Shown here: in pieces, positions 59,045 to 64,000 of the stretch
Numbering within the stretch: position 1 is the stretch's first letter
Layout of the letters: each line of letters opens with the position of its first letter
Source of the DNA: an uncultured Acidimicrobiales bacterium
GTDB lineage: Bacteria; Actinomycetota; Acidimicrobiia; Acidimicrobiales; RAAP-2
Length of the DNA: 64,000 nucleotides
Direction: 5' to 3'
Assembly: GCA_963734435.1 (NCBI GenBank)
Contig: CAVTHA010000010.1
Coordinates: 26,546-90,545, forward strand
Notes under the pieces: model-generated
What the model saw: the letters and a program-made list of their open reading frames with translations, nothing else
Told to the model about the DNA's origin: nothing
The model's database searches: none
Made by a program: the position numbers and the translations under genes

Positions 59045-59968
59045 ATGGCCAAACCCCTGCGCATCGGCAGCCTGATCGACGTCGACCGGTCGTTGGCCGA
59101 CACGGTGGCCCAGTTGCGCCGGTTCGCCGAGGCCGGACTGGACCATGCCTTCGCGGTGCAGATCTTCGGGCCCGATGCGCTGACCCTGCTGGCTGCGGCG
59201 GGGGCGCAGGTGCCCGGCATCGGTCTGGGGACCGGCGTCGTCCCGATCTACCCCCGCCACCCGATGATGCTGGCCCAGCAGGCCCTCACCGTGCAGCTGG
59301 CCACGGCCAACCGCCTGATCTTGGGCATCGGCCTGTCCCACCAGGTGGTGGTCGAGGGGATGTGGGGGATCAGCTTCGAGAAGCCGGCCCGCTACATGAA
59401 GGAGTACCTGGCGGCCCTGATGCCCCTCCTGCACGGCGAGAAGGTCGACGTGGCCGGCGAGCGCCTCACGACCCATGCGTTCGCTCCCCTGGAGGTGCGC
59501 GATGTCACCGCCCCACCGGTGCTGGTGGCGGCGTTGGGTGACACCATGCTCAAGCTGGCCGGGCGGGTGGCGGACGGCACGGTCACCTGGATGACCGGCA
59601 TCTCGACCGTCGAGTCGCACATCGCGCCCGTCATCCGCGCCGCGGCGGAGAAGGCGGGGCGCCCGGCCCCGCGGATCGGCGTGTCGCTGCCGATCTCGGT
59701 CACCGCGGACATCGAGGCGGCGCACGAGCGCATCAACGAGGAGTTCGCCATCTACCCCAACCTGCCGTCGTACAAGGCGATGTTGGACAAGGAGGGGGCG
59801 GACGAGCCCGGCCGACGTCGCCATCGTGGGCGACGAGGACTCGGTGCGGGCGTCGATCGACAAGCTGGCCGCCGCCGGCGCCACCGACTTCGTCGCCTCC
59901 ATCGTCGGGACCCGCGAGGAGCGCGACCGCACGTTCGCCTTGCTCAGCGAGATCGCCCGTTCGGGCTG
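59045..59968 (+). CDS. LLM-class F420-dependent oxidoreductase; one frameshift near 59810
   Basis: MAKPLRIGSLID...LDHAFAVQIFGPDALTLLAAAGAQVPGIGLGTGVVPIYPRHPMMLAQQALTVQLATANRLILGIGLSHQVVVEGMWG. Confidence 0.8.
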
Positions 59969-59981
59969 ACCTCGCGGCCGT

Positions 59982-60582
59982 TCAGCGCTCGAGCGTCGTG
60001 TACTTGAACTCGTTGAGGTCCGGCTGCTCGTCCACCAGGCGCACGATCCCCTCAATGGTGCGACGGGCCAGCGCGGCGTCGCCCTGGGGCCGGCTCATGA
60101 GCCGGACGAAGACCGCCCGGCCGTCCACCACGAAGGTAGGAACCCCGAAGACACTCCATTCGTTGACCGCCTGGAGGTGCGAACGCTTGATCTCTTCGAT
60201 CGGGCCGCCCGCTTCGACCTCGGCCAGCACCTTGTCACCGGGGACGCCGGCGGCGTCCAGGACGCCGGCGACCACGCTGGCGTCCCGGAGGTCGAGCGAC
60301 TGGTCGTGACGGGCCGAGAACAGGGCGTCGTGGACCGCCCCGAACTGCTCGGGATACTGATCGCGCACCACGACACCCGCCGCCAGGGCGATCAGGTCCT
60401 TGAACTTGGCCGGGGTCGTCCCACACCGGGGTGCCGCCCTCGGGCACGTGCACCTGGCTCAGCGAGAAGGGAAGGAAGGTGACATCCCAGTCCGCTCCGT
60501 CGGCCAACGCGGTCACCAGGTGTTCATGGGCGTTGCGGGCGAAAGGACACCGGTAGTCCCAGGTGACGGCAAATGGCTTCAT
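59982..60582 (-). CDS. DsbA-family thiol oxidoreductase (FrnE/HCCA-isomerase-like); one frameshift near 60420
   Basis: MKPFAVTWDYRCPFARNAHEHL (Cys near the N-terminus); C-terminal ...EWSVFGVPTFVVDGRAVFVRL. Confidence 0.65.
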
Positions 60583-61199
60583 AGCTTCTTCAACACGTAG
60601 CCCTGAGGCCCCATTCCCTTGGCCCTGCGCCGGGACCGGCCCCGCGAGCCCGGGGTCACCAGGTTGACCAGCGGACGGAGGAGCAGACCCAGGGCGGCGC
60701 CGATGGCCGCACCGCCCAGCACGTCGCTGGGGTGATGGGCCCGCAGGTGCACCCGGCTGGCCGCCACGGCGCCGGCGAATCCGACGTAGGCCGCCGTCTC
60801 GGCGGTGGAGTCAGGCAGGACGACCGCGGTGGCGAAGGCGGCCAAGGTGTGCCCGCTCGGAAAGCTGTTGCTGGTGGGCGTGCGCACCCGCACGTCGAGC
60901 TGCTCCTCGGGCCGCTGGCGCTCCACTACCGACTTGGCCGCCCGGTTCACGAGCAGCGAGGAGACGCCCGCCGTGCCGAGGGAGACGACGGCCCGCCGGC
61001 GTCCGGCCCCTCGGCGCCGGGCCTTGAGGGCGGCCAGCCCCACCCAGACGAATCCGTAGTCGGCCAGGTTGGACACCAGCGCAGCGGTGCGGTCGACCTG
61101 GGGCCGGCCCCGCCACGGCTCGAACACGCCATCGACCGTGTCGTCGAGGCGCGTCATGGACTCGTCGAGGCGGGTCACCGTCTCTCCCTCACGCGGCAT
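60579..61199 (-). CDS. PAP2-family phosphatase (membrane)
   Basis: SFPSGHTLAAFATAVVL...RVHLRAHHPSDVLGGAAIG (PAP2 motifs 2 and 3). Confidence 0.75.
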   Translation of the reverse strand: MPREGETVTRLDESMTRLDDTVDGVFEPWRGRPQVDRTAALVSNLADYGFVWVGLAALKARRRGAGRRRAVVSLGTAGVSSLLVNRAAKSVVERQRPEEQLDVRVRTPTSNSFPSGHTLAAFATAVVLPDSTAETAAYVGFAGAVAASRVHLRAHHPSDVLGGAAIGAALGLLLRPLVNLVTPGSRGRSRRRAKGMGPQGYVLKKL

Positions 61200-61993
61200 T
61201 GAAGGCGGGACACGCAGGCTTGAAATGACAGAACTGGCAGAGGGGTCCCACCTTGGGGCGGAAGTCCTCCTTGACGCAGGCGCGCTCGATGGCGTTCCAC
61301 ACGGCCGAGGTGCGGCGCTGCTGGCCCCGTATCGTCTGGGGCGTGGCCACGGCCGTAATGGCGACCGGGTCGCGCAGGTGCAGCAGGCGCACCTCGACCG
61401 GGGCCCGGCCGAGCACCTTCTCGCACAACAGCGCATAGGTCTGGACGCCGCCCATCTTTCCCTGCTCGTAGCGTTCCGAGGGCGCCCGCCCGGTCTTGTA
61501 GTCGACGACCGTCAAGGCGCCGTCGGGGCCGATGTCGAGACGGTCGATGATGCCGCGCAACCGCAGGCCGTCGCTCTCGATCTCGACGCCGAGCTCCACG
61601 CCGATGGTCTGCACCGTCGTGGGGTCCTCCAGGCGGAAGTAGTTGTCGATGAGCTTGTCGGCATCGGCCAGGAATGCGGCGGCGTCGTCCGGGCCGAGAC
61701 CGAGCTCGGCGAACTCGGGATCCGACCCGAGCTCGGTCCAGGCGCGCACCAGCTCGTGCCCGGCGGCCGCCCGGGTGCGGCCCGCCGGCGCGTGGTTCCA
61801 GAAGAGGCCCTCGAGCGCCGAGTGCACCAAGCGTTCCCTTGACGGCGTGCGGTGACGGCGGCTCGGGCCGGTGCTCGATCACGGTGTAGCGGAAGGCCAG
61901 CGGGCAGTTGGTGAAGGCGGTCACCTTCGATGGCGTCAACGTGCGGGGGAGTTCGAGCGCCATGGCAGCCAGGATAGGACCAGGCTCTGACAT
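61189..61993 (-). CDS. PD-(D/E)XK nuclease with C-terminal Cas4-like Cys cluster (stand-alone RecB-family nuclease); one frameshift near 61830
   Basis: MALELPRTLTPSKVTAFTNCPLAFR...IDRLDIGPDGALTVVDYKTGRAP...C-terminal CVKEDFRPKVGPLCQFCHFKPACP. Confidence 0.65.
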
Positions 61994-62023
61994 CGCCGGC
62001 TCGATGCACTAAAAAGAGGGGCG

Positions 62024-62296
62024 ATGGCGCCCTCCGATCTCAGCCGCAACACTCGTTGGGCCGGGTTGCGGCCCGGGGATCCCGTCGTCGTGACCGGCAC
62101 CCGCATGCGCGGCGCCAGCTGGTCGTTCGTGGCCCAGGTGGCCAATAAGGAGACCGGCGAGGTCTGGGTCGAGGTCGTCGGAGGGCGCTCGGGCGACCGG
62201 GCCGTCCGCTCGTTTCGTCCCGACCAGATCTACGCGGTATCCGCCAAGCCGGTCGCGACCCTCTTGGCCGACGCCCCCGGACTGCCACTCGGCTGA
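62024..62296 (+). CDS. small conserved hypothetical protein (90 aa), intact
   Basis: MAPSDLSRNTRWAGLRPGDPVVVTGTRMRGASWSFVAQVANKETGEVWVEVVGGRSGDRAVRSFRPDQIY has a clean start and stop; family not recognised. Confidence 0.45.
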   Translation: MAPSDLSRNTRWAGLRPGDPVVVTGTRMRGASWSFVAQVANKETGEVWVEVVGGRSGDRAVRSFRPDQIYAVSAKPVATLLADAPGLPLG

Positions 62297-62313
62297 CGGT
62301 CGCGAGCGGCGGA

Positions 62314-63462
62314 CTACTCGACCGAGTAGCCGTCCATCCGGGCCAGGATGCGCAGCATCACCTCGTCCGCCCCGGCCCCGATGGAGTCGAGCCGGGTGTC
62401 GCGGTAGAAGCGGGAGGCCCAGTGCTCCGCCATGTAGCCGATGCCGCCGTGGAACTGCACCGCGGCGTCGGCCACCTCGCGTTGGAGCCGTGAGCCCATC
62501 AACTTGCCGATGGTGGCGAAGCGGGTGGCGTCCTCGCCGCGCCGCACGGCATCGGCGGCGGCGCGGGCGTAGTGCTTGAGCATGTCGTGGCGCGCCGACA
62601 GCTCGGCCAGCGCGAACTGCAGGTGCTGGTTGGCCATGAGCGGTTGGCCGAACGCCTGGCGCTCCACCAGGTAGGCCCTGGTGCGCCCCAGGGCCTGCTC
62701 GATCGCACCGACCTGCTTGTACATGGTGATCAGGCGCTCCGCCTGGAACTGGACCATCTGCTGTTGGAAGCCCCGCCCGATCTCGCCGATGGTGTTCGAC
62801 ACCGGGACCCGCACGTCGGAGAACGAGAGCTCGGCGGTGTCGCTCGACCACATGCCCAACTTCTCGAGCTTGCGGGACACGACCACGCCGTCGATCGCGG
62901 TCGGGACCACGATGAGCGACATGCCCCGGTAGCCCGGCTCGTCGCTCGTGCGGGCCAGCAGGCAGAGCCAGTCCGACTGCGTGCCGGTGGTGATGTAGAG
63001 CTTGGCCCCGTTGATGACCCACTCGTCCCCGTCGCGGACGGCCCGGGTGCGGATGCCGGCCACGTCGCTCCCGGCGTCGGGCTCGGTCACCGCGATGGAG
63101 GCCACGAGCTCGCCGCGGATGGCGGGCGCCAGGTACTTCGCCTTGAGCTCGTCGGAGCCGTAACGGGCCAGCGCCGGCGTGGCCATCGACATCTGCACCG
63201 CCATGGCCATGGGGATGCCGCCACAGCTGATGCGTCCCATCTCCTCGCCGGCCACCACCGTGAAGGAGTGATCGGCCCCCATGCCGCCGTAGGCCGTCTC
63301 GTACTCCAGCCCGAGCAGACCGACGGCGCCCAGTTTGGGGAAGAGCTCGTGGGCCGGAAACGTGCGCGCCGCTTCCCAGGCGTCGACGTGCGGCTCGATC
63401 TCGCGTTCGAAGAGGTCCCGCAGTGTCTTGCGAAAGATCTGGTGCTCGTCGGTCTCGATCAC
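62314..63462 (-). CDS. acyl-CoA dehydrogenase, intact (382 aa)
   Basis: IAVTEPDAGSDVAGIRTRAVRDGDEWVINGAKLYITTG...QFHGGIGYMAEHWASRFYRDTRLDSIGAGADEVMLRIL. Confidence 0.9.
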   Translation of the reverse strand: MIETDEHQIFRKTLRDLFEREIEPHVDAWEAARTFPAHELFPKLGAVGLLGLEYETAYGGMGADHSFTVVAGEEMGRISCGGIPMAMAVQMSMATPALARYGSDELKAKYLAPAIRGELVASIAVTEPDAGSDVAGIRTRAVRDGDEWVINGAKLYITTGTQSDWLCLLARTSDEPGYRGMSLIVVPTAIDGVVVSRKLEKLGMWSSDTAELSFSDVRVPVSNTIGEIGRGFQQQMVQFQAERLITMYKQVGAIEQALGRTRAYLVERQAFGQPLMANQHLQFALAELSARHDMLKHYARAAADAVRRGEDATRFATIGKLMGSRLQREVADAAVQFHGGIGYMAEHWASRFYRDTRLDSIGAGADEVMLRILARMDGYSVE

Positions 63463-63530
63463 GGCCGAAGGTTACCACCGGGTAATTTCGATCCCCCGGG
63501 CGCGGCGCCGGCCCCCTACACTGCCCATCG

Positions 63531-64000
63531 GTGACGACAGAGCTGGTCCATCGCGTGCGCCAAGGGCCGGTCTGCACGCTGACGCTCGACTCGCCGCACA
63601 ACCGCAATGCGCTCTCGGCGCAGCTGCTCGACGAGCTGGCCGAGGGCCTGGCCGAGGCGACCGCCGACGCCGCCGTCCGGGTCGTGGTCCTGACCGCCAC
63701 CGGCAAGGCCTTCTGTTCGGGCGCCGACCTCTCCGCGCCCCCGACGACCGTGTCCTCGCGCATGCCCGAAATCCTCGAGACGATCCGCTCCGCCCCGGTG
63801 CCGGTCATCGCCCGGGTGGTGGCCACGCCCGGGCCGGCGGACTCGGGCTCATCGCCACGGCCGATCTCGCCGTGGCGACCGCGGCGCAGCACCTTCGCCT
63901 TCAGCGAGGTCCGGGTGGGGGTGGCGCCGGCCATGATTCTGGTGCCGGCCCTGCGCGTGGCGGACCGGCGCTTCCTCTCCCGTGCCGCGCTCACCGGCGA
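63531..64000 (+). CDS. enoyl-CoA hydratase/isomerase family, 3' partial (runs off window end); frameshift near 63830
   Basis: VVVLTATGKAFCSGADL crotonase motif. Confidence 0.7.
   Translation, partial: MTTELVHRVRQGPVCTLTLDSPHNRNALSAQLLDELAEGLAEATADAAVRVVVLTATGKAFCSGADLSAPPTTVSSRMPEILETIRSAPVPVIARVVATPGPADSGSSPRPISPWRPRRSTFAFSEVRVGVAPAMILVPALRVADRRFLSRAALTG

Noticed and set aside
57146-60007. 953-aa ORF on the plus strand
   Set aside because: It is a chimera. Its 5' two-thirds are antisense to purE and purK and are low complexity. Only the last ~300 aa (from MAKPLRIGSLID, 59045) are a real gene, the LLM oxidoreductase.

Overview
This window is 64 kb of high-GC (~68-72%) actinobacterial chromosome. 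The lineage call rests on Mca (mycothiol), F420-type LLM and PPOX enzymes, and the conserved yraN/yifB/dprA and rpsP-rimM-trmD-rplS neighbourhoods.

Most of the window is a colinear housekeeping block: LCP, fadE, trpD, galK, MCR, pckG, thiL, rpmB, yloV, recG, rsmD, coaD, a DivIVA-like gene, yceD, rpmF, plsX, ACP, rnc, fpg, smc, ftsY, ffh, rpsP, a KH protein, rimM, trmD, rplS, DUF2469 and yraN. It resumes with yifB, dprA, nfo, fumC, pspA-htpX, mca, purEK and fatty-acid genes. No rRNA, tRNA or CRISPR array was seen.

A ~16 kb accessory segment (29.3-45.4 kb) sits between yraN and yifB, which are normally adjacent in actinobacteria. It contains:
- an enoyl-CoA hydratase;
- a short NfeD plus SPFH/stomatin pair, split by a degraded IS200/IS605 TnpB-only element;
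- a lower-GC (~53-58%) operon of a 317-aa unknown protein, an LLM oxidoreductase, an APH-family kinase and an acyl-CoA synthetase;
- a DinB/MDMPI-like protein and a MarR regulator;
- an AIF/NDH-2-like flavoprotein and a trypsin-like protease;
- a MoxR-DUF58-VWA-VWA module.

About 100 frameshifts break many genes, including essential ones (ffh, ftsY, smc, recG, rpmF, trmD). They are almost certainly indel errors, not pseudogenes. Several kb-scale blocks are completely intact, so the errors are non-uniform.

I found no clear-cut novel system. The better leads are the TnpB remnant inside the nfeD-SPFH operon, the low-GC kinase/LLM/ACS/unknown operon, and the pspA-htpX-orf190-phosphatase operon with a 27-bp palindromic operator. 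There are also several small tandem or direct repeats, including one that duplicates the dprA 3' junction.
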